A stretch of DNA of 63,465 bases, filler included, from Conidiobolus incongruus B7586 (GCA_000697335.1; 7 parts of 7 records of this genome joined end to end with filler, not necessarily neighbours in it); one strand, 5' to 3'; counted from the first letter of the whole stretch, positions 1 to 13,958 are shown. Notes: generated by a model from the sequence alone, not told the origin. Program-made: numbers and translations.

Positions 1-808
1 ATAATATAAATTTTAATATTGTAATTATTATTATTATTATTATTCAAATATACCAAAATTTTCATATTTAATGTTACTATTATTATAAAATTTTCCCAAA
101 TTTCATAAATTATTATATTTATATCTCTTTGAAAAGTTAATAATAAATAAAAATAATTAATATATTTTATTATTATATTCATGACCTTTTACATAAAAAT
201 AATATAGGATTAATCTTTAATTTTAATATCTATAATATATGTTTATTAATTATATTTTATAAATATTTCGGATTAAATATATTGGTTTATTTTTCTTGAT
301 TTAGTATTATTTGAAGTTAATAAAAAGGGAATAAAATTTTTTTTATCAATACTAATTTTTAGTTCATTAAATTAAAAATTTATTATGAATTAATATGTTT
401 TCTCTAAATAAAAATACTTTAGAGAAAAAATGTAGTAAAATAATCTTATTGATTTTATTGGATATCAATATAACATATCGGATATATTAGTGAAAAAAAT
501 TTTTTTTACTCTCATTACTGAAATTAATACTGCTTAGTATAATAAATTCATTATTCATTGGAATATGTATCAAACCTGTTAAAATTAATGGAGAAGTATA
601 TCAAAATGGAAATAAAAAAATTTAAAATTGGATCAAAAGAGGTTATGATATCATTTATAGTCATAAACTGTATTAATTTCAGTTCATCACCAAATATATC
701 TCACTTAAACTAATAAGTTCAATAATTGTTAAGGTTAGAAGCTAAATTATTTTAATTAATTATTATATAAAATGAAGAAATGATTTATTAATAAGTTAAA
801 TATTCAAA

Positions 809-1384
809 TTAATAGAAGAAAGAAGCGATTAATCCCAAAGCTCCCAAAAAGGCGGATCCAGCAATCATATTGGCATTTCCACTTTGTGTAGTTGTTGAGG
901 TTTCACTACTAGATGTAGTGGATGTTGCACTTGTTTGAGATCCGGAGTGAGATTCCGAAGCAGTAGATGATTGAGATGGGGATGCAGTGGGAGTATTATC
1001 AGTAGAAGTGGGTTGAGGCTGATCAGATTGAGAGGTAGTAGGGGTTGGTTGATCGCCATTAGAAGTAGGAGAGCCACTTTGAGTAGCGGAATCACTGCCT
1101 TGAGAGGGAGATGGTTCGGGTGAAGCAGTTGGAACTGGAGTAGGAGCAACACCAGATGGGAATTGAGGTTCGATATATCCATCTTGGCCAGGTTTAAGAC
1201 CATTGACAATGTTATAAACATCATTTTTAGTAGCAAGATCCAATTGACAATAGTAACATTGCTCAGCATTTTGACCTAAACAGAATCCCAAACTTTGGCA
1301 GGCAGCTTGGACATTAGGATAATGTTCTTGAGCATTGATGAAAGAAAGAGAAATAGCGACAGTAGCGAGGTTGATTAATTGCAT
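809..1384 (-). CDS. Secreted, probably GPI-anchored Ser/Thr/Pro-rich cell-surface protein with N-terminal 4-Cys domain (paralog 1)
   Basis: Likely ATG at 1384 (MQLINLATVAISLSFINA, signal peptide). Motif CQSLGFC-x7-CYYC...GLKPG, then S/T/P/Q-rich stalk and hydrophobic C-tail (SGNANMIAGSAFLGALGLIASFFY). Intronless. Confidence 0.85.
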   Translation of the reverse strand: MQLINLATVAISLSFINAQEHYPNVQAACQSLGFCLGQNAEQCYYCQLDLATKNDVYNIVNGLKPGQDGYIEPQFPSGVAPTPVPTASPEPSPSQGSDSATQSGSPTSNGDQPTPTTSQSDQPQPTSTDNTPTASPSQSSTASESHSGSQTSATSTTSSSETSTTTQSGNANMIAGSAFLGALGLIASFFY

Positions 1385-4300
1385 ATTCAAAATATTAAAA
1401 GAATGTAAATATATAAACACAATAAATAAAAATGTTGATCAAATCTGTTTACTATACTGTGCTTATATACTTAAAATATGCTTGGCTGTCACTATGACAT
1501 AATGTGAAAGTATCCACGTAATCAAGATAATTGGGTGGTGAGGTTATGAGATAAGGAGCTCTGATTAAAGAATGGAGTGGGAAATTACACTCAAATGAGT
1601 TGTAATTTTACACTCATGCCATTATTTATGTTTCGGGTCTATTACTATCAATTTAGCAATAACTAAATTGGTTTTAATTATTGAACAAATGTTGTATTTG
1701 TTAGTAGCTAAAACATTTGAATGATATCATCAAATTCTTGGATTTTGGAATTTCCTCTTATCCATCCCGATTTATATTAAAGTGAAATTTTTAAAGATAT
1801 TAAAAAATTTTTATTTGTTATAAGATTATTTACCTTTAAATAGAAAATGTTGAGATAATTTGAAAATTTAATTTCCATTATCAATATTGACTCAAAATTT
1901 TAATATTTAACATCTTTGGGACGAATTGAGAGAGATAATTTATTTAATATTAATTATAAACCTAAAAACTATTAACGATAGATAAATATAATGAAACAGC
2001 ATTCATCACAATATCTTGGGGTTTACCTAATTTTTTATTATATTTTTGTTCAAAGTAATGAACTGATATATTTTGAATCTATTTGGTTAAATACAACTTT
2101 AGATGATTTCATTTTTAATTATAATTTTGTTGTGGAATATGGACTCAAATAAAGACATTATGTAATGATACCAATAACTAGGAATTCTTTACATTTTAAA
2201 AATTATTATTTATGCTAATAACAAGTAACTATTTTTATTTATGTAAAAGGAAATCTGTACTTTCATATATATATATCACATTCAAAATTCATCAAAATTT
2301 TAAAAATTTTCAATTCAAATACGAAATAATAATAATTATTATTATGATAGATAGAAATTCTTGAATATTTTATTCATTCTAATATGATATTAATATGAAA
2401 AATTATTATCTTCGACTATTACATTTCATTAGTTTTTTCTGACAAAATAAAAGAGTAAATATATTAATACTATTATGAATTGGTGTTTCTCAAATTTCAG
2501 TTCATGTCCCCTTTGGGGCTGTCAATGTTATTACTAGGAGATCACTGGAGCAATAAATCTATTGTCAATAGTGGTTGCAGAATATAAAATCGATTGGGTG
2601 ATTTTTTACTAGATAGTTTTAAGAAACACTTGTAAAATATTCGAGCTATTAATATATTTAATGTTAAAGTTAACAAAATTAATAGTATACATATAATATG
2701 CAATATAATATCAATGAATTAGAGCAAAGTATTATGCTATAACCAATTTATTATTATATACCTTATAATGTTGGATTAATGAAATAATATATTCAAATAT
2801 TTCAGAATTACTGAGACTGTATACTACAATATATATTATTCTAAAATTCATCTTAATTTTATATTTTTATAATTTTCAATTTTATTTATACTTAAATTAT
2901 TGATAGGCTTATTAAAACACACTATTAGACCTTTCTATTTACCTACAAATCTAAACTTTCGATCAAAATTTTCAATTTATAAAAATTAGAATATTTTGAT
3001 AAAAAGAATCAGTATTATAGTTCGACATTTCTTAATCAGAATATTAATTTTCAACATATTAATTAATGAAGGATATAACGATCTATCAATAAATGAATAT
3101 AAATTGAAATTATTAATTGCTAATGATATTTGATTACGATAAATATTTTTACTTTTCTATAACTGTTATTTGCATATTTTATAACTCAAATTTATTATTT
3201 TTATATTGGGATATTATTATACTTATACTATTATGAAATTGGTATTTAATAAATTTAAATTATATTGATATAAACTTAGCTGAACTTGTAAAAATTTTAA
3301 TTTTATAGCAATTAATTCAAAATAATAATTTTAATTTAAAAATTTTCAGTATATTCTTGTCTAATATAATTTTTATATTTTCACAATTACTCCTTTAATT
3401 GCAATTTTTTATTTTGTTCAATGGAATTAACATCATTTGTTTGAAATATAACAAATTATTTCCACAATTTTATAAAATCATAGAGTTACCTTTTTTATAA
3501 TAATTAACTGATAGTTCTGATATTGCTGCATTCAACTTTGTATATCAACTGATCTATTTATTAAATCTTCTATCCTTCTGTTATACTTGAAAGTATTTTA
3601 TTAAAATTTTATATAAAATTATTAAATTTAAAATATAATATCCATTTATCTTGATTAAAATATCGTGAGTGAAAGGCTTATAGAAAGGCTAATATCAAAT
3701 CTAAAACAATAATATAACTTTCCATCACTTTCAAATTATTCAATTCAAAAATCTTTGTTTTTCAATACTAAAATCGACTTATTTTATACGGCAATTTGAC
3801 ATAGTTAGGAAATTGCTTTGAGACGGAAGAATAGTGTTACATTAGTCAATAAACCCTCGATAATGACATATTTTAATTTTATATCATCAACAATGGTAAT
3901 AATAATAGATAAAAATATTTCAAAAATGCTATTATATTATTGGTTTTTTTAATAGAGCATACCAAGAAATAATATCAAATTGAACGGTAAATTAATTTAT
4001 CAAGAGTAACTTAAAAAGATGAATAATTGAAACTTAATTGAAAAATACCTTAGAATTTGAATAAATATACGATTTTGTTTATAAAATACAAAATGTCACT
4101 TTGAGAGTAATGATATAAGAATTATTCAATCGAGATTAGTTTAATCAAAGTTTCTGAATTCTGGTTTTTATTTGAATAATTTATGCAAATTTAAATTATT
4201 GGTTGAAAAATTTGATATAATAACTAAATTATAATTAAAAGGTGTTATTTAAAAATAACATTAATGAGCATATTCTATATTTTTAAACATATAGAATTAA

Positions 4301-4529
4301 TGTGCTTATGATAGAAAATTTTGCAACTATAACAAAGTTGATAATTTGTCAAATTTTCAACAATCGAATCATCTAAATCATTTTGATTTTGTCTGTAAAT
4401 AATAAAATGGCATGAATCAATTGAACTGACACTGTCTGATATGCTAATTAACTCTACATCTATAAATACTTCCTACTAATCCAAATATTATCTAGTTTCT
4501 TCTCAAAACTGCACCTTTGACATATTATT

Positions 4530-5132
4530 ATGAAATTTATTAACCAGTATCTTTCGACCCTACTATTTGCTTCCTTGGCCAATTGCCAAGCTCCAAACAT
4601 TCCAGAAGAGTGTAAGCGTTTGGGATTCTGTACAGGATTTGATACTCCAGAAGCTTGTAATGCATGCCAATTAAGTATTGCTATTAAGAACGTCCAATAC
4701 AACAGAGAAAAGAATTTACAGCCCGGAGATCCCAATCGCTATCCTGAGACTTTTAATCCAGCTGTTCCCAACTCAACCAGCAATGGTAATCCTAATCAGC
4801 CTTCACCTACAAGCAATAGTAATCCAAATCCACCACCTCCCACTTCAACCACTAACAGTAATGGCGGAAACCCTTCACCAACCAGTGCAGGTGAAGGCCA
4901 GACTTCTCAATCTGGAGAGAACACTCAAAGCACCGAAGCTTCTCCCACTACTATTAGCGGAGAGACCGCATCAGAAACAGGAAACGCAACTAATGACAAC
5001 TCATCAACAACCACTAGATCTACTACATCTTCAGGTTCCAGTTCAACCACAACTGAATCTTCAAGCTCAAGAGTATTTGTTTCAAAAGGCATTGTTAGCA
5101 TTTTAGCAGTTGCTATCGCTTCTGTTTTTTAG
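4530..5132 (+). CDS. Secreted, probably GPI-anchored Ser/Thr-rich protein with N-terminal 4-Cys domain (paralog 2)
   Basis: Signal peptide MKFINQYLSTLLFASLANC; CKRLGFC-x8-CNAC...NLQPGD; S/T/N/P stalk; hydrophobic tail (GIVSILAVAIASVF). TATAAATA at ~4461. Confidence 0.85.
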   Translation: MKFINQYLSTLLFASLANCQAPNIPEECKRLGFCTGFDTPEACNACQLSIAIKNVQYNREKNLQPGDPNRYPETFNPAVPNSTSNGNPNQPSPTSNSNPNPPPPTSTTNSNGGNPSPTSAGEGQTSQSGENTQSTEASPTTISGETASETGNATNDNSSTTTRSTTSSGSSSTTTESSSSRVFVSKGIVSILAVAIASVF

Positions 5133-8100
5133 ATAATTTTTAATTAAGATATAATTCAATCATTAATTATATTATATACATTATTATTAATAAAATAATA
5201 ATAATAATAATAACTATTATCAGCTAAAATAGATTATAATCTATTCCGGTTCGATCATTAAAAATTCTAATATTTATTTCATGAGGTATATAATGAAAAT
5301 AATTTTAAAATAATATATTATTTAATAATAATTAATAAATATTTTGAAATAATTTTTTTTAAAAAAAATTATATTAATATTTGATATTCAAATTTTAAAA
5401 TATATTAATTGTAGTAAATTTTAATTTCTAATTTTTAAATAATTAAGTATGCCCTCAATAATTACAATATCTTTAATTTGACCAAGATATTAAAATGATT
5501 ATTAATTTAATTTAGTAATAAATTATTTTTATTTTTATTTTTATTTTATATAATTATATTTTAATTTGATATTAATTAAATTAAATTAAATTAAATTAAA
5601 TGATATACTTTTTTAATGCTATAATTATTAATATAACTATAGTTATAAATAGAAAAATGAAATAATTAATTTGTGTTTAATATAAAGTATAGAATTATAA
5701 AGTTTTTTAAAATTGTGGTATTAATTAATTTTTAATTATGGTATTTTCTAAACTGCAACAGTAATAGCTAATTTTTAATATTATGTATTTTGTAATATAT
5801 ATTTTTAATATTATTACTGTCATAGTGAGAATTAATTAGATTAGAACTCATTCAATTCATGGCTCTACTTATATTAAATTAATCGATCATCAGCTTTCAA
5901 ATCTAATAACGTTTTATTCAGAGCTTCAAATGAAATCATGGAGAAATCAAAGACAATTTAGTAGCATCAACATAATATTAAACTTTAAAACATCGTAAAC
6001 AGCATTTGATTATTTAGAAAATCAGCAACTTATTCATTTCAAATGTTAAAAACAGCCGAAATTTCCATTAATGGGGAGAGCTTTCTTTTGAATTTTATTA
6101 ATCATTATCCCGGATATTAACAATTTAACTAGTGATAATATTAAAGTTCGAGCTAAAAATTTGTAATTATTTTTCATTTTGATCAATTTTTTAAAGTATT
6201 AATTGGCTAATTGTATATCTTCAAACCCAAGTATTAAACTTGTTCGTCACCATAGAATTACTGCTCTTATATATGAAAGTGTACTTGAACAATAAATTTC
6301 AAAAATTAACAATAAATTCTAAAATTATTTCTGGGAAATATACCATTTTAACAAACCTACTCTATATTATAATTAATAGATTAATTACTCAAAATTGATA
6401 ATTAATGTAAATTATTAATATAAATTAATGAAATTATTTTTATTCTTAAAATTAAGTGACAAAACATTTTAGAGAATAATATCACTGGATCTAATTGATT
6501 GAAATTAATTATTATTGGCCAAACTGGATACCATTATTGTTTTTATCATAAAAATCTAAAAATTTATGGTTTTAAATATAGCACCAGCAGGAAGACTAGG
6601 ATAGCCCTAATTATTTTTTTACTAAAGGTTAGATTATTTTAAATATGAAATTAATGGCCGAAAAGTTATTCTTTTAACTATCAATTATGGTGGCTATATG
6701 TCAAGAGTTAAAGGACTAACTAAAATATTGACAATATCAATATACACTTTTTACCTAAAAGCACCACATTCAAGTTACAATCATTAGTTGTAGCAGTAAT
6801 AAAATGCTTTAAAATACATTATCAAAGCTATTTTAATAGCTGACTGTTGGAAATATTACTATTACAATTTCCGAATCTGATGCATTACTCATTCCTAACC
6901 TCAATCAAATGTCAACTTAGTCTTGGAAAAAATTATTACAGTTTAAGACACTTTGAATTATTTTAAGCATTGTGTCTATTTAGCCAAAGAAGATTATGAT
7001 CATAATATTACAGTTTCAAAGAGTATTATGAATGAAAGTTTTATGAGTTTCAATTAATTTCTTACTTCAGATATTTGATATCAAACTTCAATTGCCATCG
7101 ATTCAGACGATATATCATATTAACAATAAAATATTCAATATCCATTATATGGTTAGTTTTATAAATATTATATATTTAATATTTTATAAATTGCTTTCAT
7201 ATTAAATGGTTCTATATATTTTTACAAATTAATTTAAATATTTTAATCTTATAATTAATATTATATTATATTATATTATCCATTTCAACAATTATTAAAC
7301 ATTCATAAAATAGTTGACTTGGGTAAATTCATAAAATCATTGATTGTATCATTAAAATTATATTTCCTAATTAATACAATGTTAATTATCAATATGTTAA
7401 TAAAAATTATTTAAGTATTAATTATTTTTTATTGGATTGACTTGCAATTATAGAGGGGACACTCAATCACTATAACATTCATAATGATATTAAAATTTTC
7501 TTTTGTTGAAATTATACTTAAATAGTAAAATTTTATAATAACTGAATTAATAAAATTATTACTTAATAATTTTTAAATTAAATTTTGATTCATTATAAAA
7601 ATTTTTTAATAAAATATATAGTAAATAAATTTATATATTAAAAATATTAATTAATTCAATTTAATTTTATTAATGATTAATAATAATATTATTGAAGATT
7701 AACTAAAATATTATAATATATAATTTTATAAAATTATAATAGATAATCTTATATTGATTTTTGAATTTTATTATTTTGAAAATTCAAATTAATATTAATA
7801 TTATCAAATTTGAGTCAATTTAGTTTCAAAATAAAAAATTTATTATACAAATATATATATATATATATATGAAACTTCGAGAGAAACTGTGAAGGGAATT
7901 TTATTAAAAATAGTTTCTAAATGAAACTTAAAAATTTATCAAATTATATCAGGATTACTAGTATTTCTCTCTTTTTAATATTTATTAGTATTAAAATTAA
8001 ATTATAAATAAATTTAAAAGAATTCAATAATTATATAATATTATTCAATATGTGTAAGTTTTAGTAACTAATAATTATTAAATTCCAAATCCATATGCAT

Positions 8101-8360
8101 TGATAAATTTGCAATTTCATATTTAAAATTCGAAAATATATAAATGAAAATTTGTCTAGGGAATATATAATAAATATATCTATGTACCTTAAATTGAATT
8201 TTATTACAATTTCAAATTAGAATTTAACTTTGTAATTATCTAATAACAAATCGATTATTGAATACAATACTAGATTGATAGCAATTTTATTGATAGTAGT
8301 AACAATGTCAAATATTAATAGCATAAATACAAATTATTACAATGACCTAATAATTTTAAT

Positions 8361-9101
8361 TCATATATTCATTCCTAACGTAATAAATAAGATTACCGAT
8401 GTAATGATACAAGTGTTGGAAAATTTGGCAGATTGGCTACGATGAGAGGCTGATGTGGATGTCTCTGTGGATGTTGAATTCCCGTCGGAGGCTGATGCTG
8501 ATGTAGGAAGTGCTAGTTCAGCCGAGGCTGTGGAACTGTCAGTCTTGGAGCCGCTAACTGCAGATGGTTTAGAGCTATCTGATGGCGTACTTGCTTTAGA
8601 TGTTGCTACTTCACTCTGTAAGGGGGCAGGTCCTGAAACTGATGATACTGTGGGCGCAGATATAGCTGAAGAAGAACGCGCTAAAGCTGGTGAAGCAGGC
8701 TGTGTTACAAGTGCTAAAACTGCACGAGTTGGTGCAGTAGATGGAGTAGAGGAAACTGGTGCTACAGGCGCAGCCGAAGAAGTGGCGACTTGTGTTGTAG
8801 TAGCACTAACAATGGCTTGTGGGTTAACTGCTGCTGCAGTAGACGATGTGGGTGCGGGCAATGCTTTTGTGGCTACACTGGTAGGTAACCAATCTTTATC
8901 GCCTGGCTTCAATCCCTTTGCTTCGTTAGCCATACGATTAAAAGCGCTCAATTCTTTGAGACAATCATTACAATCTTGAGTATATTGAGCATGATTATTG
9001 TTACAACGACCTAGATCTGTACACGATTTCATTATATCTTGAAATTGAGAAGCAATTGAATTGCTTTGAATTAAATACAGTGCTACTACCAATAATTTCA
9101 T
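8361..9101 (-). CDS. Secreted, probably GPI-anchored Ser/Thr/Ala-rich protein with N-terminal 4-Cys domain (paralog 3)
   Basis: Likely ATG at 9101 (MKLLVVALYLIQ); CTDLGRC-x10-CNDC...GLKPGD; S/T/A stalk; hydrophobic tail (CIITSVILFITLGMNI). Confidence 0.8.
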   Translation of the reverse strand: MKLLVVALYLIQSNSIASQFQDIMKSCTDLGRCNNNHAQYTQDCNDCLKELSAFNRMANEAKGLKPGDKDWLPTSVATKALPAPTSSTAAAVNPQAIVSATTTQVATSSAAPVAPVSSTPSTAPTRAVLALVTQPASPALARSSSAISAPTVSSVSGPAPLQSEVATSKASTPSDSSKPSAVSGSKTDSSTASAELALPTSASASDGNSTSTETSTSASHRSQSAKFSNTCIITSVILFITLGMNI

Positions 9102-10779
9102 TTTATCAGAGAATATGTACAATTAAAGTTATTGAAGTATAAAAAGTGGCCGTTTTCTCAATGCAATATGTTATTTATACTAACAATCTTAAACTATGGA
9201 TATAAATCTATTACTTAGCCCATCTGAGCCATCAAAATATACCAACAATCCGAATAATAATTCAAACTTCAAGAATTGGCGATCGCAAATGTTTTAATTC
9301 GCCATAACTTTAGTTTGATTGTATTGTAATCGTAATATCCAAAGTCATTAATTTGATTGGATTCAGAAAGTTAAGCCAACTCTTAATTCGAGTTTCAAAT
9401 TGAATCAAATTCAGTTACTCAATATTCAGCCATAAAATTTACTATATGATAATTATCAGCTATTAAATTTATATAAAGTAACTATTTTATGTAAGTAATA
9501 TAATCAAAAAAACTATATATATATATATCCTATTTACAATGCTATCGTTATTAAAGGTTATTATCAACCAAGAATATGATAAAATTTTAATGGATATTCC
9601 AATATTTGAATATAAAATTTCAAAAACAGATTATTAGAACTTTTGGAATTAACATTCTAAAACTATATAAATATAATTATCAATCAAAATAGATAAAAAG
9701 ATATATTATATATTAAAATTCGAAACAATCTAAAGATTTAATACATTATAATTCAAATTATATATTTTTCTTCCGATATAATAATATTTAATAATAATAT
9801 GTAAATCTTTTAAGCACTATAAAGTACTCAACAAAAAATATTAATTATTTTAATTTTGATATTAATTTTAAATTTATTACACAAATTATATAAAAGATAA
9901 TTTGTCATAATATAATATAAATCATTTATAATAAAAGTATATTCCTTAATTTTATAATTTTATAAAATTATTTATTTTTGTTATAATTGTTATATTTCAG
10001 AATTAATTACCCACCTAAATTTGATAGTTAAACTAATCCTATTTCTATTTCAAGTTGTCTTTGTGATGTATAATTAAAGGATATTCTTTATTCTCTTTGT
10101 TAGATATATCATTCACTGAATCAACTATTTAAACTCTAAAAGCGATAAAGATAGGAAAAAAGTTTTTCTGGATATTCTGCTACAATGTCTCAACAGTAAG
10201 TTTTCAAGACATACAGTCCCAATATGTTAAAGAGCAAGATAAATAAATAATTTACTAAAACATATTACAAATACTTTTCTAATAACAACCTTTAATTATA
10301 AAACTTATTGTGAAATACCACATAATATTTGTATTTATTGAAATTTGCTAGCTATAGAATATTGTGTGATCAATTAAATTGATATATTTTTTAAGTTTGA
10401 TTAAAATTTATTTTTATAATTTTTGTTATATACATCATTCAGAATTATGATTTAGAATTTAGTGTTAACTAATTTAAAAATAAATTTAAAATTTTATTTT
10501 AATTAATTTATTAATTCTTTTAATTATTAATATTTTTTTAATTTAATAATATTGAGAAATCTAATAAATTTAATAATTGTAAAAATAAATATAAAATTAT
10601 TAAATTTGAATAATTTGAGATATAAAATATTAGATATTTAATAAGAATAGAAGTGAGAATTTTTTATAAAACATTTAATAGAAAAAAATTAAGTATATAT
10701 TATTTGATGTTTGAAAGTAAAACAATTTGAATTGAAATTAAAATATTTGATCATAGTATTTGGAAAAAACTGAAAGTGG

Positions 10780-10853
10780 GATCTCGTGGTGTAGTTGGTT
10801 ATCACGTCTGTCTAACACACAGACGGTCCTCAGTTCGAATCTGAGCGAGATCA
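10780..10853 (+). tRNA. tRNA-Val(AAC)
   Basis: Acceptor stem GATCTCG/CGAGATC; anticodon arm TCTGT-CT AAC AC-ACAGA; T arm CTCAG-TTCGAAT-CTGAG; T-run shortly downstream. Confidence 0.95.
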
Positions 10854-11488
10854 AATTTGATGATAGTTTTTGTGTAAATAATTTTTTCATTACATACCTA
10901 TTTTGTTTCATTTAAAAACCTAATCTAATATTGATATATGTTATTTATATAATATTATATTCTTGACAATATATTATAACTATTTGAATAAACTAAAGTA
11001 AAAATATAGAAATATGAAAATAAAATTAAAATTAAAATTAATTTCAAAGTAACAATAATTTATTATTATAAAATAAATGATTAAAAGTAAAATTTTTAAT
11101 TTTATATAATTCATAATAAAAAAACAAGAAATAAGGGAAAAAATTAAGATTAAACTAAATAATTATTAAAAAATTAATAATTTTATGCAGTTAATCAATC
11201 ACCCCCCAACATAAATTCGATAAATTATTCAACAAACAAGGTAAATTAAATAATCATACCAACCAAAAATAAATCCGTTCCGAAAAATTCCTTATAGTTA
11301 CCACAATTTTTATCAACATTCATCTGATAGAAGGTGAATTGGCGAACAGATCAAAGAGTACACTATATGGTTAGAGCAAGATTTATTAGTTGGCAATATA
11401 CATATTTAAAACAACTAATTAATAATAAAAGGACACAATAACGAAACAAAAAGTTAAATTTGATATAGAAGTTTAATAAGTGATTGAT

Positions 11489-11906
11489 TTATAAACGGTC
11501 ACGAGAGTAGCTAAAAAGAGAGTTAATATTAGGTGATATTATATATAGAATAAGTTATTACCTCTTTTCGAATTCCTTGTTGATGGAGAACAATTTCAAA
11601 TTGGTGTTTTGATCAACACTTTGCCAAGGTTGGGGGTTTCTTCTTCTACATCGGAATGTAAGCAAGTGATCAATCAGATTTAAAGATATAATTACCTATC
11701 CCAGATGACATCGGGACCACGAGCGAGACGGGAGACGTACCAACCGCAACCGGTCAAAGCGAAACCGATAACAGCAATAATAGGTAAGACCTAAGAAGAG
11801 GTATAAGTGGTTGATAAGAGTGATCAGTGATTCAAATTACCTCAACACGGTACCAAGTTTGTAAGAAAGATTTTTTAGCGACTTGATTGACGGCACCAAC
11901 AGCCAT
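11489..11906 (-). CDS. NDUFA4/MLRQ (B12D)-like mitochondrial respiratory subunit, 88 aa, 4 exons (missed by ORF track)
   Basis: Exons 11906-11841, 11790-11696, 11645-11562, 11510-11489 with GT-AG introns of 50, 50 and 51 nt. Translation MAVGAVNQVAKKSFLQTWYRVEVLPIIAVIGFALTGCGWYVSRLARGPDVIWDRRRNPQPWQSVDQNTNLKLFSINKEFEKSYSRDRL; the PDV-WD---NP-PW motif is typical of this family. Confidence 0.85.
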
Positions 11907-11964
11907 TTTTGATTATTTTTTTTTAATTATTTAGAATAATAAAACTAAGTAAGTTAGAATTGCT

Positions 11965-12226
11965 ACCTATTTATATCAAACTTTCAGAGGTTTTGTTGAA
12001 ATAGTGAAAAATTTCGAGTTTCACATTATTGCTCATAATGGAGCGCTTCCTATTCGTTGGGTTGGGTGGGTGAATGAAATATATGGAATTGAAGGAGGTG
12101 ATTGGTGGAGGTTTGTAGAACGTGGGAATTAATGGGCGATGATGTTGCTTATTGGTGGTAATTACAGTTGGTCATATTGATTACCATTTTATATTTCAGT
12201 ATGATCTTAATTGATTAGATTGGTGG
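11965..12226 (-). promoter_or_regulatory. Promoter of NDUFA4-like gene: TATA box plus three CCACCAAT boxes
   Basis: TATAAATA on the minus strand near 11968-11975. ATTGGTGG (CCACCAAT on the gene strand) at 12101, 12151 and 12219 in a locally GC-richer island. Confidence 0.5.
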
Positions 12227-13658
12227 TTTTTTCATGTATACTCCGTTGACTATGCCGAAGCTCAATTCATAACTATGCTGATTAACTTAAACTGTTATGT
12301 AATGGAAGATTTAGGAATAAATGGCGATTATTTTATGTTTTTTTGTTAAAACTATTATTGATTAGAGGAATTCATATTATTAAATTCTATTTTTCAGGAA
12401 TATAAACAATTTTTAATTCAAAAATATTTATACATATTTTTTCAATTTATATTCAAATTAAATTTTTCCATACTTGGAAACAAATTTACTAGAATTATAT
12501 AGATATATATTTCATAATTTAAAAGAATATTCGAAATTAGTCTTTAAAATAATAGAATTAATAATATGTATTATTTTTATTATCTTCGAAAATTAAGATA
12601 CTTAATATCATAATTTATATTAAATTCATATTATTTTTAAAATTAATTTCAATATCATAATTTATTAGAAACCTAATCACTCTAACTTTAATTTTTAAAA
12701 ATATATGTATTATTCTCTAATATCGATAATATTTCCTTTGAATATGTTAAAATAATGAAACACAAATATAATGGTATATTGGTATAGTTTGAATACTTAA
12801 AAATTCAGTATAGTTTGATAATTGTGTTTGAATATAAGTTGATAACATAATTACAAAACATAAGGTTTGTAAAATTAGAGAATTTGAATGATTGAAGTAG
12901 GGATCTTTGATAATTTATTAGGTGTGATTAATTCTTTTCAACACTATTTAGTTTTTATGTTTTGAAATCTATAAAGCCTTTTAAAGATTATATATATAGT
13001 TTTATTTATTTGATCAAAATTTTATGGTTCTTTAGTCATAAAAAACGATTACACTTAATTTAGATGAGACTGATAAATATATAATTAGATGTGCTAATTT
13101 TATAATTTTTAATAATTTAAGACTAAGTCTTCATATTAAATTATGTATTAATCAAAACAATTTTATAGAAAATATCAAATCATTAAAATTGTAATGAAAG
13201 AAATTATTATGGTTAATGTTAAATCTAAATATTCGATTAGTTTTTTTTAAAAACAAATATGAATGATGAATTCAATGTTAATTAAAATAACATATTATGA
13301 TTAATTTTATTGTGCTTGATAAACTAAAATCATAATAACGTTTATAATTCGTTCAATTCAATATATAATTATTATTCATAAACAATTAAATTGATAAGAT
13401 ATTCATCTTAAAAACAGCCAAAAATATCTATAGAATAATGTAATTAAATTGATGAAATTTCAAAAACATTATTTAGATTGAAAATGGGAAATCAGATTTA
13501 ATCCTCTACATTAATGTTATTTTACAGGTTAAATTTCAATTATCTAAATAAAAATAGATTAATTCTGTTTTAAAATAATATTTTGATAAACACCTATTCA
13601 CATATATAATATTGATTAGCATTTTAATTTGGTATAAAAATTTTTAATAATTGTTGAG

Positions 13659-13958
13659 TTAAAAACCATCAGTGTTATGAGCAGAAGGACCTCTACCGAT
13701 ACCACCTACACGGTCCTTTTGGTAGCGGTCCAAATAAGCTTCAGCGAGGTGACGACAGTGTTGGTAGTGGTTAACACCTTCAGTACGGTAACACTTAAAT
13801 AAAGCATTTCTAATAATTCTAGCTTCGTAAACTTTAACCCAATCTTCTCTGATGCGTTGAGTTCTAGCTTCCATAATGGCTACGGGATCGTTGTGGTCGA
13901 AATCAGGATCTCCAAAATCGGGTACTTTGGGGAATTGTTGGTGTACGTAGTTACCCAT
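13659..13958 (-). CDS. NDUFB10: NADH:ubiquinone oxidoreductase 12 kDa subunit (NDUFB10/PDSW family)
   Basis: RIREDWVKVYEARIIRNALFKCYRTEGVNHYQHCRHLAEAYL matches the fungal NDUFB10 signature (C-x3-EGVNH-x3-C). Confidence 0.85.
   Translation of the reverse strand: MGNYVHQQFPKVPDFGDPDFDHNDPVAIMEARTQRIREDWVKVYEARIIRNALFKCYRTEGVNHYQHCRHLAEAYLDRYQKDRVGGIGRGPSAHNTDGF

Noticed and set aside
5850..7120. Slightly GC-richer region with coding-like fragments (e.g. ILIADCWKYY at ~6830, reminiscent of a Merlin/IS1595 DDE motif)
   Set aside because: Many stops and frameshifts, no second supporting motif or TIR found; needs TBLASTN.
865..8979. Overlapping ORFs 865-1269, 4460-4735, 4678-5106 and 8455-8979
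   Set aside because: Alternate-frame or antisense shadows of the low-complexity GPI-protein genes.
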